Source: Parasitella parasitica NRRL 2501 (lineage: Eukaryota; Fungi; Mucoromycota). From it: DNA of 64,000 bases. The stretch's first letter is position 1. Each line of letters starts with the position of its first letter. The position numbers and the translations under genes are program-made. This document shows, piece by piece, positions 1 through 13,137 of this stretch. The notes beneath the pieces are model-generated. The model saw only the letters and a program-made list of their open reading frames with translations. It had not been told where the DNA came from and did no database searches. The stretch covers positions 96,927 through 160,926 of the forward strand of contig MU619280.1 in the NCBI GenBank assembly GCA_025201805.1. The letters are read 5' to 3'.

Positions 1-1324
1 CGTGCCTTGCTGTTGAGGCTGAGATACATAGAAAGCACATCATACCAGGTACATGAGCACAACACACATACACACACACACACGCATATACGCATATACG
101 CATACATATACTGATATCATGTATTATTCGACAGTGCTCAAAGTAACGCAGAATCGTCTGGTTTATGCTTCCATGGATCGTTCTATCACAATCTCGATCG
201 ATTCAGACATTGCCATTATGCGTGCATTGCCAACCAAAGTACCCCAAAGCGATCAATATCCGTACAATGACATGTGTTTGGATGACATTGTGCGTTCTCC
301 ACAATGTATAGTTCGAATTAACAAAAGCACCGATGATGCAGAAAACAACAACAAATGGCTGATAGATTTAATAAAGTGTGGCATGCTTGCACCTGCCGTT
401 GGGTTCTCTGCATACTTGCATGGTGTGGAAGCTCTTTTGGGTGCCCAACAGACAGACATACCCCTTCCAAAATGGACTTTTGCTAAAGTTGACGGCTACA
501 TTGGATACGAGAGCTTGTTGACTCAATATCAACAGAAGCAGCAGCCGCGGCAGCATAGAGTTGGCGTCCAAAGAAATCGTGGTAGTTTGCAAACAACCAG
601 CGGCAATAGCAGCCGTGGCAGCAGTTGTAGAAGCAACAGCAGCAGAGACATGCATAGTCGCAGTACAGACACCATTGCCACTATTATAACGTGCTATGAC
701 GATGAGAACGATGAGAACGATGAGAAGCAACCAGCATCGCCATCAGAATCTCCTAGTACTAGTACTACTATTACTACTTTTACTACTACTACTACTACTA
801 CTATTGAGTCGCCCTTGCTGCATCCTCAAGACGGACAGAAACATCAACGCAGTGGCATGCGAAGGTCATTTGACTCGTATTGCAGTTTCGATCATCCAAC
901 ATCCTCTAGATCCGATCCTACGAATTGTAAAAGCTGCATAGGAAAAATGTCGCTTGTTGAGCATCAAAGCATTGATATGAGACATCACTTGCCTCCCGAA
1001 ACGACTTGCGAGAAGGAAATCATTACATTTAGCTCATTTATGTTGCAAACTTTTTGGCCCAGAAAATTTAGAAGTTTTGAAAAGGAGCCGTTATTGGCAC
1101 GCCAACCTAAAAGACATCGTTCAACAAGCAGCAGCGCCTATGGCAGCAGCGATGCTAGTTGTGCCGGCAGCAGCCATTGCGATAATAGAACCGCCAGCAA
1201 GATGCTGCAAGCCACGCTACAAGGCGAGCGGTTTTCTCGTGCGAGCATTTTCACAATGACATGCGTTGTCATGTCATTTAGCATGTCATGTATTCTGTAT
1301 ATAACTGTTCTCACAAAGTTGTAA
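1..1324 (+). CDS. Divergent VTC-domain (polyphosphate polymerase family) protein, 5' partial, with low-complexity region and one C-terminal TM helix
   Basis: The segment PVLKVTQNR..DRSITISIDSDIAIMRA...DIVRSP...KWLIDLIKCGMLAPAVGFSAYLHGVEALL...PKW parallels the C-terminal half of the Vtc2/3/4 tunnel domain (YNR..D.RISLD...RFP...W..LV.VPKFSKF.HG...PFW). A probable intron lies at about 49-133. Confidence 0.6.
755..803 (+). repeat. (ACT)n-rich trinucleotide microsatellite encoding poly-Thr
   Basis: The tract agtactagtactactattactacttttactactactactactacta is seen directly. Confidence 0.85.
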
Positions 1325-1374
1325 TAAAATGGGCACATTAGATGCGCGCGGGCGTGTGTGTGCGTGTATGGTTT

Positions 1375-2315
1375 TTATTGAGTCTTGTCATTAATAATCC
1401 TCTTTACAAGCCCTTCCAACTCAAATACATGGTCATCTCGCACGCCAGGACTGATTTCTCGAAGTGCCGCTGCCAAATTTAGCAGATATTCTGCATTCCA
1501 GCCTGATGGGCCATAAGAGTCATGAATCTGTTGTGCAATTTTGTCAGCTGGTGCAGGGCCAACATAGGCCTCATTATCAGTAGTTCCAATGTACACCAAT
1601 GCCTAATATAATCATTTTGATATTTTTTAGTCCAAAACAGTCAGGATTCCTTTACGTTGATGGTACTTGTAGTACGATGCAATACATTTTCAACGATGGG
1701 TGTTTCATCATCCTCTAGGCTGAACACATCGACGGTATGCACGGTATAACCATTCTGTGTATAAAGCAAACATGAGCAACTGGTTTTTGCCCTACAATTG
1801 CACTTTGGGCTGCGTTCTTTTACCTTCTCTCTATGATCCAAGTACGCTCTTGTGGCCTCTACGTCATCTGAAGGAATCTTGAATGCGACTCCCCACGTTA
1901 CTTTATCATGTCCCTCTACGCTTTCAATGGTCTTCCACTCATCGTATGGAATCAATGTGACAACCCGGCCTGGTTTTTCAGGAGTCCCTCTGTGGTCTTC
2001 GCTATGCTTTTGTGTGCACACATACAAAGTCAGATGTCTCCCATGTATTATATATCTTTTTTTACCTGCCAAAAGCGTCTTACATAGTTCTTGATGTAGC
2101 CAATCTGTCTGTTTTTGATAGGTCAGTATCCGTCGCAGTGTAGCTGCAGCCTTATGTATTTACTTTTGCTCGTAATGAATAGGTGGTTTCCATATCAAGG
2201 AGCCGTAGCCGAATACCCAAATGCCGTCTGAATGTGTGCTGTCTTTGCTGCTCGATTGGATGTCATGGATGGTTTCTAGAATATCTTGTTGCGGCGTAAC
2301 CGTTGTAAAAGACAT
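1375..2315 (-). CDS. GCG1: ChaC-family glutathione-specific gamma-glutamylcyclotransferase (multi-exon)
   Basis: Motifs WVFGYGSLIWKP, SEDHRGTPEKPGRVVTL, YLDHREK and GPSGWNAEYL are present. ATG at 2315 gives MSFTTVTPQQ. Confidence 0.93.
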
Positions 2316-2874
2316 TTGCTTGAATGGATTGGGAAAAAAAAAAAAAAGAAGCCAATAACAAACCGGATGATGACAGTTGGTGAAAAGCCTTGAATGTGAC
2401 CGAAAAAGCGAGACAACAAACTCATGTACATTGGGTCACTGATGGAGCGAAAATCTGTAACAACAAACATGTTTGCACATGAAGGAGCTTTGCGTGATGA
2501 TGAAACGTTTGAGGCCTCTCTTTTCTCTTTGTGTGTGCGAAATCCTTTCTAGCAAAATCTGCCTAGCACAACACATAATTAGTGTACCTGAAACATCAAA
2601 CCCAGGTAGAAACGAGTACCTTGTCAGCCATTGATGATGGTGATAGTGACTAGATGTCCAAAAATTTACTGATTCAAGGCAGAAATTTTTGGGTTTAATT
2701 GGCCTATTTGTGTATCCGATACGAAACACACATCACTTTGAGGGTACTCATTTTGAACACCTTGATGGTCATATTAAACCTTCTTTCTTTCGATTTCCTC
2801 AATTACTACTTTTCTCTCTTGCATTCGCCATACACGTTGCGATTCTGCAGTACAAGACCTTTTCCTCTTAAATC

Positions 2875-4254
2875 ATGACTTGTATCCCACACTCGACGTT
2901 TTGTCTATTATTCTCAATCTTTCTGACTGGCGTCTTTGCTCAAAATGGTATACACTTGCCAATCTTATCATATCTGACAGCTCGATTTAAACGTTTTATT
3001 TTTATTTTTTTTCCTAGATGCCACTGTGGAAAATGAATGTGCAGCAGAAATAAATAATGATTATGATATGCCGATGCGAATTGGTGCTTTATTCATCATC
3101 TTTGGTACCAGCGCTCTAGGCATGTATTTTGCTCTTTTTTTTAAAAAAAATCAAATATATTAATTAAATAGCATTCCAAACATGTAGGCGTCTTTACTCC
3201 TATAATTATGCATAGGATCTCTCCCTACAGCAAAGGAAGCTCAAGAGACTGGATGCTGACAATGGGAAAGTTTTGTAAGTTGTGAAAAAAAAAAAAAGAA
3301 AGCGAGAAATCAAGCATCCAACAACCCTCATTGTAGTCGGTACTGGTGTTATTTTGGCCACTGCATTTGTCCACATGTTGCCAGAAGCATTAGAAAATTT
3401 TGCCAGCCCGTGTCTTGATGCCGGGTGGCAAAGCTATGGTGCATTTGCAGGCGTCTTTTGTATGATTTCATCGTTTGCGCTTCAATTGCTAGAATTAGCT
3501 GCAGTAGCCAACATTGAAAGACTTCGTGCCAAACGAGCAGCCGAAAATATGTCCATGGACCTGGAAAAAACTCAGCAGAGCAGCGCATCACTGGACACTA
3601 GCTCCACAGAAACAACAGCTGGCAATTCGCCTATAGAGCCAACGCCGGCATGCGTTGATCACGGACACGATCATGTTCACAGTGCTGGTTTATTTGAGGA
3701 AGGCGATGCATTCAAACACATCGGCACTCTTATTTTGGAACTTGGCATAGTTATGCATTCGATTATTGTTGGCATCACGTTGGCAAATACAGGAAATGAT
3801 GGATTTATAACATTGCTGATTGCTCTTGTTTTCCATCAGGTAAAAAAAAAAAAAAAAAAAAAAAATGGCGTCGGTTAATTCAACCTGTTATTGCTTCTAG
3901 TTTTTCGAAGGCGTTGCGCTGGGAACTCGTATCAACGACATGGACATTCAAGGTTGGAAGCGCCCTGCTTTAATGGGCATCCTGTTTATGATTATGACGC
4001 CCATTGGATGTGCTATTGGTATTGGCATCCATTCGTCCTTCAACCCCAATTCTTCAGCTTCGATTCTTGCAAGCGCTATCCTTGACTCTTTATCGGCTGG
4101 CATTCTACTATACAATGCTTACATCTCCTTGATGAGCCAGGAAATCAATCAAAACCCTGAATTCCGTCAAGCTCCTTTCCTCCGTAAATTCGTTTGCTTT
4201 ATTTCAATGTATGGCGGTGCTGGTTTAATGGCTTTACTAGGCAAATGGGCATGA
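2875..4254 (+). CDS. ZIP family zinc/iron permease (Zrt1-like), multi-exon with signal peptide
   Basis: Motifs GTGVILATAFVHMLP, His-rich loop HGHDHVH, LELGIVMHSIIVG, FHQFFEG and SAGILLY are present. Confidence 0.93.
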
Positions 4255-5519
4255 AAATCAAGATGTTTTATGTATAGACGTATATACCAGGATACTTTTG
4301 CTCAAAGTATACTCCCTCCAAAAAAGAAAAAGAAAAAGAAAAAACTGCATTATACATATTTAACATACACACACATTGGACATAGCATAATCTAAAATTA
4401 TATTCGCACTATTTTTTATACCATCTTTTGTATTAGTAGAATTTCCTGAAACAAAACTAAATATATCAGGTCATTGAATAAAAAGAAAATGAAACAAGTT
4501 GGTTGCAACAAGATAACAATCTCTAATGTTCAAACACAATACTGTGTATATATTTGTATTTTAAAAGTCTATTACGAACCATGTGCGCATGAAACTATTT
4601 TTATTTTTGTGTAAAATAACGACAAAGATCTGGGACACTAAAGGTCTGACACTTTTCTATAAATCAAATGAATCAATTGTTTGTGCAAACACTACACGCC
4701 ACAATATGTGCACATACAAACAGGATATGGATATCATGGGTTATTTTACTTGACAATCCATCCATCAAAAATCTGAATCCTGCCCTTCAGAAAAGACACA
4801 TGTGGACATCCATGTTGGATTCAATGCGAGCGTGCTATAGTGTATTGCTCTTGCTATAAATACACATGTCTATAAATTTGAAAGATCGATTAATGGGTCA
4901 TGATATTCCGGTACTTGTTAGTTAGGAAGTCTACCCCTGATGTATCAGCTTTTCTTGGTTGAAATGCAAAACGACAGGTTAAATAAACACTATTAAAATA
5001 CTCGATGAATTCAAATAGTATTACTTTTTTTTTTTTTTTGGTGTAATTTTCAAGGACTATAAATGTCTCAATGAATAATAAGCTTGTGTACCCTATATCG
5101 TTTTGGTTGCTCCCAAAGATATGTCAAGCATAATATTGCGTCGAGTTGCTAATAATGTGCATACCAAGACTGTAATATTACACTTTCAACAATAGTAAAG
5201 ATAAAGCCCGAGTCTTGGGCAATAAAATATGAACTTTTGTCTGAGGAAGATATAAAAATCAAATGAATGCTATGAATATTGCAAATAGTTATTGCTTTCA
5301 CGTTCTTAATTTTAAGCAAAATAAAAAAATAAAATCACATAACATGTATTTGGTAATACGCAAGGCAAGATAGTATCACTTTTACTATGATATTATACAA
5401 GATAGGTTCAACTCTGCAGAGCAAGCATTTCAAAAATCTGGCTGGCTTGAAACAACCACCGCTTTGAAGAAAACTTTTTTTTTTTTTTTTTTCCATATTG
5501 ATAATACATTTGTCAAGCA

Positions 5520-6248
5520 ATGCTCAACCCGCCATTCGACTTATTTGCAGATCTAACAAAAGAAGAGCAAGAAAATTTTGACAAAAGACGAAACCAGATG
5601 AATGCTATAGTGGAAGGGCAAATGTCGAGTTTTGCGACGGACCCTAACCAACGCACAATTGCTGAAAATCGACTTGTATTCAAAAGATCCAAGCTAGAAA
5701 ACCATGTCAGGCCTGGGTTGCATCACCAATTGCTCACAAAAAACGAATGTCAAAATGTGCTAGAGATATGTCGTCGCCAGGCTGAATGGACTGTAGATCG
5801 TCATTCGGCATTTCCAACAACTGATATACCTATCCGCAACCACAGCCCACTTTCTGTGTTAGAGCCACTCGTAAAGGAACGCTTGTTTGACGAGCTTGCA
5901 GACTATTATGGCTTCAAAACATCTGATTTAGCTTTTCGAGACATTTTCTTGGTTAAATACTCGGCAAATGCACAAAGAGGTATCAAACTACACACAGATG
6001 GATGCCTGTTTTCGTTCACTCTGCTCATTAGTGATGAGCATGATTTTGAAGGCGGAGGAACTTACTTTGCTAGTATCGATAAAGTGATTCACTTAAAACA
6101 GGGCGACGTTGCCTACCATGCTGCTAAAGTTTCGCATTGTGGCGTTGATATCACCCATGGAGAACGTTATATTCTAGTAGGATTTATAGATACAGCTGAT
6201 ACTATTGCAAACGATGATAGAAACAACAAGCACAAATTGAGAAACTGA
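5520..6248 (+). CDS. 2OG-Fe(II) dioxygenase, prolyl/lysyl hydroxylase-like, apparently intronless
   Basis: FPTTD, FLVKY, HTD (HxD), FEGGGTYF, a distal His and RYILVGF match the PLOD/P4H C-terminal domain pattern. Confidence 0.85.
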   Translation: MLNPPFDLFADLTKEEQENFDKRRNQMNAIVEGQMSSFATDPNQRTIAENRLVFKRSKLENHVRPGLHHQLLTKNECQNVLEICRRQAEWTVDRHSAFPTTDIPIRNHSPLSVLEPLVKERLFDELADYYGFKTSDLAFRDIFLVKYSANAQRGIKLHTDGCLFSFTLLISDEHDFEGGGTYFASIDKVIHLKQGDVAYHAAKVSHCGVDITHGERYILVGFIDTADTIANDDRNNKHKLRN

Positions 6249-6307
6249 TTTTTTTTTTTACATCTTAATATCTTATTTACTATATACAATTATCTGCATT
6301 TACTATA

Positions 6308-8176
6308 CTATGTGCTATAAAACACAATATCTTTTACTTTCTTTCTTTTGAGTGCTGTTACATGCCAGCGGACATCGTCATCGTGCTTTGTGCGTCTGCT
6401 GTGCAGTAACTTTTCAAACGACTCAATATGATCCGAAATGTCAAGATATTGGCCTAAACAATCAAGGGTCAGATTCCATGCCCTTTCTTTTACATAGGCA
6501 CTGCGGATACTCACATGAACTTTCAATTTTAATGCCGATAAAGAAGTAGGCCAGATTTACCGTTCCAGGGTTGAACTGGCCATTGAGATCCAACTGCTTG
6601 GCTTCTTCTATAGACATACCCATCTCCAAAGCTTTACGCGCTTCATTTGTATGATAATTTTGAATTAGAACCTTTGGTCGTATGATGGGTTGAATACATT
6701 TCAAATCTGGAGTTTTTTCAATCATCTGTACCAACTGAGGTATTACATTCGGTATCTTGCGCTGCCTGTAATCGCATTCCTTTTAAGTGACCCTTGCATA
6801 CCAATATTTAGGCTGGTTACTTACCATGTCTCATGACTTGATTGTGTTGTCGAGCTGGTAATGATGGTTATAAAATCGTGGTATCTTTTGAAATATTCGA
6901 CCGGATTGAATAGCTTCCTTATAGTATACATGGGGTCAGCAAGCTCATCCAGGATAAGGGCAGCTACAGTGGCAATGACGTTAGCATAAAGGTAGATTTA
7001 TGAAAGCAAGCAATATATACACACACACCTCTCTCAAATTCTCGTGTCAATATCTTTAGAGTAGCTTTGGTGACATTGGGTGCCGCGCTACTGACGGGGT
7101 AGCAAGGGGTGATAATAGGCATTACAGCATCTGTGAACTCTGGCAAACTTTTGTACTCAAGACGTCGCGCATTTTCACCAGAAATGTCCCTTGTGAGCAA
7201 TACAGGTGTCGGCCATGGCCAGTCTTTCCATTTGTTGAAAAATGAACATATCAGATGATATATGGTGAGTTGTGGTGTATTGCAAACATCCATGTACGTC
7301 TTTAGTAACAATAGTGTCCAAGAGCTCCCATTGAGGTATCCTATAGGCTTATTGTAGATCTGTCTCACTGTAGCCCAGTGTTTAACGCATTGAAGACCGC
7401 GTTGGAAAATATGAATATGCTGCTTGTGTTTGATTTGGTTTTTGATAAATCTATTGACCCGAGGTCCATCCATACTAGCTTTACATGTATCGTGTATACC
7501 CTTTAAATATTTGTCGTCCAGCAGGTCAATGTCCTGGTCAATGCTGTCTTCTCGAAGCCGAACAAAGGACACATCAATCTAAGTTCAAGCAGGAATTATT
7601 AGTATGGAGTTTGCTGATGACACTTGCAAGAAGATGAACACACCGAAATGTTGTCGACGACAAATTTGATGATGGGTACGTTTGCATTTTTGATCACCTG
7701 CAAAAGAGTTTTTTTTTTTTTTAGAGAGAACGTCTGGTGCATCCGGGTAGAAATAAATAATAACCTACTTCTACGTCTTGAACAGCTGATATTTGGTTTA
7801 GGATTTTGGGAAAGAATTCGAAAAAATCCTTTCGTTTTACCATGTGAGGGCAGATGAGGACGATATCGATGTCAGCATTGCGAATGTATCCACCAAGTCC
7901 GTAAGAGCCAAAAGGAAGCAACAAGCAAGATATGTCTCCTCCTCTATAATTGTTTTCATCCAACACGGCTCTGGTGAAATTGGATTGTATTATTTTGAGC
8001 AATGATAGAGCCTCTTGTCTAGAAAAAAAAAAGTGCTGTCAACGTTAATTCCGCTTACCCCCCCCCCCTCTACAATATAATAGAAACCTCTTTGAGCCTT
8101 CTTCCCGGGTTTCAATGATATTATTGCATTTCAAATAGCTTTCTAAATATTCGTCCACAGCGTCTGTATTCGTCAT
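6308..8176 (-). CDS. Poly(A) polymerase family protein (divergent Pap1-like), multi-exon
   Basis: Motifs FGSYGLG..ADID, NVPIIKF..ISIDVSF, VKHWA..RQIY, WPWPTPVLL, MPIITPCYP, EFER and YFFIGI are present. Confidence 0.88.
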
Positions 8177-9723
8177 GTAGAATAAAACCAAAAGAGGCCC
8201 TAATAAAATGTGTGCGCGTACAGAATGTATGCATCCCATCAATACCACCAAAATAGGCCCACCAGTCACTAACTGCATGGCAAACCTGTCAAACGCTTGT
8301 CTAGCTATCCTAGATTAGGCAAAAAGATTGACTAGAAGTCCATCTTACATACACGAAAGATGTGTTTCAATCGACCTGATCCATCCTGAAATTGATTAAA
8401 ACAAAAAGTGTAAAATTAAAAGCGAGGTGCACACTTTTGTTTTATCTTACTTGTGATAACGGCGAAATGCTCTAATTACGATGCGGTTTAATCTCACGCA
8501 ACTTGAGTGAAAATGAAGGAAAGTCAATTAAGCCTAATTACTCAAGCACAGCCATATAGCTTACTTGCATACGTTCATTCTTGGGCAAGATCAGACGCAC
8601 AGAGTACGACTAATGTTTCGAAATCAATATTGTTTATAGGTACAGGAAAAAATGACACGTATTTACAGCACATCAAGAGGCACTCCTCAACTATATGTCT
8701 GCTCTTGACCGTTTATAGATATTCTGTAAAAGTTTTAACTTTATAGCTTTGGGCAGCTTTAATCAGTATTTATAATTGGCAACCTTAGCTTGAAAGAGTC
8801 AACCTATCGGTTGGGGTTTCTCTAAGCCTGGATTTTGACAATGACCTGTCGGACACAACGAGTCAAGATGTTGATCTCTCCTCACTCAAGTGTCTTTAGA
8901 CGATGAAAATGTATAGAGGTATTATATTGAAAAGCAAAACTGGAAGCAGGCAAATTCGGATTTGTTCCACAAAGATCCGAGAAATATTCGTTCTTGAGTT
9001 TCCCAGATGATATCAAACAGCAACAGACGTAATAATTACACAGGTTTTATGTGATATGTGGCGATGCAGAATGTCAGATTTTCCAAAGGATTTATCTAGG
9101 GATGCATGATGAATCACATGAGTTGATTTTCTTTACTACTATAATAGTTTCTTGAAGAGGGGAGGGTTCCGACAACGTGAACGAGAGAACAATGTCCGTT
9201 CCCCTTAAAAATTAGCCATATCTTACCGCAAACTATGCGTATTAGACAAGCCGCCAGGACTAATCTTTTAAATTTCAATGTAGCAATCGTTAAACCAAAG
9301 AAGCTAGAGACACTCGTACTAAGATGGGGCTATTCCTGTTTGCTATTTCAAGAGTTAATCGTGTATTACACGCATCGAATGGGCCGCCGGGTATTGTCAG
9401 AATAGTAATACATCATGTGAAGACTCGAATAATGTTTGTGTGGCAACACAGAGACAACCGACTGCATCGCTGCTTTTAATGCTTAACGGCAGGATTCGTT
9501 TGGAAGAATAAAAGACGATTCATGCAATACCGTTTAGCCTGCAAATTCGCCAGTACTGATTCAAACAAGTCGGGTGATACTTTACAAAACCCCGTATAGA
9601 GAATTTTGCTTCTATTTTATTAGATGTAGAAAAGATTAACATGATGCGTTGTGGCGAAAAGATTATGATAAAATAATAAATGACGAAAAAATGGGGTAAG
9701 AGACAATACAACGGTGGTGGAAT

Positions 9724-10359
9724 TTAGATCAACGCAGCAGCAGCGGCGCCAGCAACAGCAATGGCACCCATGGCAGCCTTGTTAGAAGAAACCTTGAAGC
9801 CGGCAGATTCAGCAACACGCGCGTTGGCAACAACTGAGACACTGGCAGAAGCTACCGAGCCAGAGGCGGAAGAACTGCCAGATGCATTGGTAGTAGCAGC
9901 AGGGCTAGCAGTGTTAGCACCGGCAGAATCAGCACTCTTGATGGTGAAGAGGCCAGTGAAAGAAATGTTGGGTGAGTTTCCTAGCTCGAAGGCGTAGTCA
10001 TCTCCAGCAGCAATATCAGCAGGGACGTTCCAGGTGTAAGAGCCAGTATTGGCATCAACGTCTTGAGCAATAGTGGAAACAGGTTGGAGAGCAGTAGGCG
10101 AACCTTTAGCCAAGACAATCTTGGGAATTACAGGAACTTGTTGATCAATCCTTGATAATAAAAGAAAACGTCCCATACAATCAATACAAAGCTTATAAAA
10201 TGAACCTCTGCACAAGAAAGAGACTTACCAAGTGATGACAGCAGGTTGACCAGCAGTGTACACAGTTCCCGTAAGAGGAGAGGTGACGCTCACAATGTTA
10301 GATTGAGCAGAGACAACGGCAACAGTAAGGGCAGCAACGGCAGCGAAAATGGACTTCAT
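9724..10359 (-). CDS. Ser/Thr/Ala-rich GPI-anchored cell wall protein with Kre9/Knh1-like N-terminal Ig-like domain
   Basis: Signal peptide MKSIFAAVAALTVAVVSA, VTSPLTGTVYTAGQPAVITW, GSYTWNVP, S/A-rich stalk and hydrophobic C-terminus. One intron. Confidence 0.88.
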
Positions 10360-11644
10360 TGTTTTTCTAAGGAATAATATTTTATGAAAAAAGAAGAGAA
10401 AGGATGAGGGGAAATTGTGCTTATTTATGTCATTTTCGGATGAGAGAGAGAGAGGGTTGTTGGGAAGTGATCACATAATGAAATGTGCATTGACCCTCTA
10501 AAGGTTTGAGTCTCCGTCTGTCAAACAAGTGTCAATCACAAGGGCAAGTTTTGTCGAGAAAAGGTAATAATAGAACAACGGGCTGACTCCGTTTCAATCA
10601 GATCTCAACCCTCCTTTGAGTCTATTATCTTTTTGAGTGAAGAGGGCGGTTATGATGTAGATACAAGATCTAACCGTTTTTATTGCTATATGTTATTCAG
10701 CAACAAAAGAATTCCTTTTATGAGCCTAAACATGTATATATACGGCATTTCCTTTCATTCCTTGCAATCTATCATAATCAAAGTCATATACATCTGAAAC
10801 CACTAGTTTCTGGGTTAGTTACATATCGATAGAGCTAAAACAGTTGTAGTATATAAGTGTTACAACGCAAATAAATATGCATTTGCGCTCGCAAACGTAA
10901 TATGGGATTAGACATGGTTAAGAATTCCAAGATTTGGTGCTGAACTTAATCTTGGTGTATAGATAGAATGTGAATAGCAGTTGGAAAGGAGTTATGTTTC
11001 TGCAATGGCAATGAAAATAGGCCGCCTACAGTTTTTGCTTGGCCGCTGTTGGCTTTTACATGATATCGACAGGGAATGGAATGTAAAGGAAATGCTTTTG
11101 ACATGCGGAAAATTGGTAAGCTCTAATACGATCCAGTAATAAAAGTGATCATAAATCCTATTATATGTATGTTAGGTAGTGTGTTTAATCGCTTTTTTCG
11201 CACTCAAGGATAAAATGATACAAAATCTAGATCTTGAAAAAAAAAAAAATTCAAGACATATAACATGGCATTATTCGTGTGTCGCCCAAAAACCTTGAAT
11301 TGCATAAACATGTTCTTCCCAACAACAAACGATCAAAATAAAAATTTTGTCCATTTCAACCTGTGCTACAGAAATTGGTTGCTTGGCAACAAAACGTTGC
11401 AATTTAAACCGACTGTTGAGAAAGGAGTAGATTGTTATCAGGAAGAAAATAATTGCTTTGCATGTCAAACACCAAGAAAGCGTCCAAAAATGAGAAGATG
11501 AATCAACACTTAGATGGTTAGTGTTGTGCAGTGTCCCTCAGCTAACTCTTGGGATTTAATGCGGTGACTGGCCGAGCGAACCGTACGGCCGAGGCTTATC
11601 TTTTGATTTTTTTATAGCTTTTTTCCCTTTGTAGTCTTAACCCA

Positions 11645-13137
11645 ATGTCAAGATTTAAAGGAAACAAGTTCAAGAGAAAAGAGAAACAACCTCGAGGTGG
11701 TGGTTTTGGCTTTAACAAGTCAAAAATTACCAAGATATTTGAAGGCAATGAACCCAAGTATGATCATTTTGAGGCGCAACATACATTGCACGAAGAAAGT
11801 AAGTTTGCATCCATATAGCAAAAAGAAATTGATACTATATTTTTTGTTAGTTTTCGTAGTGGATAGCGGTACCGAAAAAAGCCCTCAACAACCTGCTAGT
11901 TTCGATCAGCTTCCTCGTATTTCAATGACGCAGCTAACAAACAGCGTACTTGACGCAGAAGATTTGGATGAATCAACTGAGGAACTGGGGTTTTTCTTTG
12001 ATTCAACCCCATCTCAACCCGTAGAAAGTCAAATAGCCACAAAAGTTAAATCTAATTTACCAGCAAGAGCATCAAATAATAGCTATCAAGAGAATAGGAG
12101 TAAGATTATTCAGGATGACTCGATTTACATTGACAGCGAGGATGATGCAGACGATGCAGATTCAATTAGTAGCAGCGAAGATGTTGATGCGCTGCAGGCA
12201 CTAGCTCATTGGGGCAAAGTTGAAATATTCCAAGAGGAACCTGCTGGTCATCAATACCTTGGCCAAGGGGAGGACGATTATACCATGCTGATGGGCACTT
12301 TAATTAGTGACATTTGTGATCCAGATCAAGATGTAATCGAGACGCTAGACAGCGATGAAGACCATGAACCTTTAAAGTGGCAGCAAACCCAAGAGATGTA
12401 TGTGCCTGACAGTATGAAGCATAGTTATCGAGGTTTGTTGAAAGAAGAACGGAACCGACTCAAAAAACAAGCAAAACAGCAGCAAAAAAAGAGAATGACA
12501 GCTAGAATGACAGTGGATAAAAGCGTAGCAAAATCTGGAAAAAAGAATATTGTTGACCAGTGAGTGTCCGCACTGGAAAATATACATTTACTGGGAAACT
12601 CATGCTATTTTGTATAAATATATATATTTTTTTAGGGTCATGCATGAGTTTTTACAACAGGATCATTTGAAAAGATACCGCCTTTCAAATTTATCATACC
12701 ATGGCCGACGTATGGTTGTGCCAAAACTTGCCAAAATGTTTAACCTTGACATATCTCCGGTGAAATCAAGTAAATCGTAAGTAATATAATGTGTTTCTGC
12801 TGACTGCGATATACTTACACATGTAATCAGATGCATTGACCTAGTAAAAACCAAAAAGACATGCAAACCTGCCGTCCCAAAAAAGTCGCGAGCGCAGAAT
12901 TCAATTACGAAACATCAAAGCAGCAGTAGGATGGAGAAAATTCAGTCAAGACAAGATGAAAAGCATGGCAAGCAAGTGGCATCTAGTTCCACCCCCATCT
13001 CCACAAATAACGTTGGACACCGCATGCTGGCTGCTATGGGCTGGAAGGAAGGGGAAGCAATTGGTAATAGCCAAAAGGGTATCAAAGAGCCAATTAAAGT
13101 TTTTATGAGAGCGAATCGAAGAGGATTGGGAGCTTAA
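11645..13137 (+). CDS. G-patch protein with R3H-like segment (Sqs1-like)
   Basis: C-terminal G-patch NNVGHRMLAAMGWKEGEAIG...GLGA, an acidic middle region and a degenerate R3H-like exon at about 12640-12860. Confidence 0.8.

Noticed and set aside
8500-9500. Possible highly decayed reverse transcriptase relic on the minus strand
   Set aside because: Only vague motif echoes (LFNI, CAV) and no YADD, so it cannot be supported by eye.
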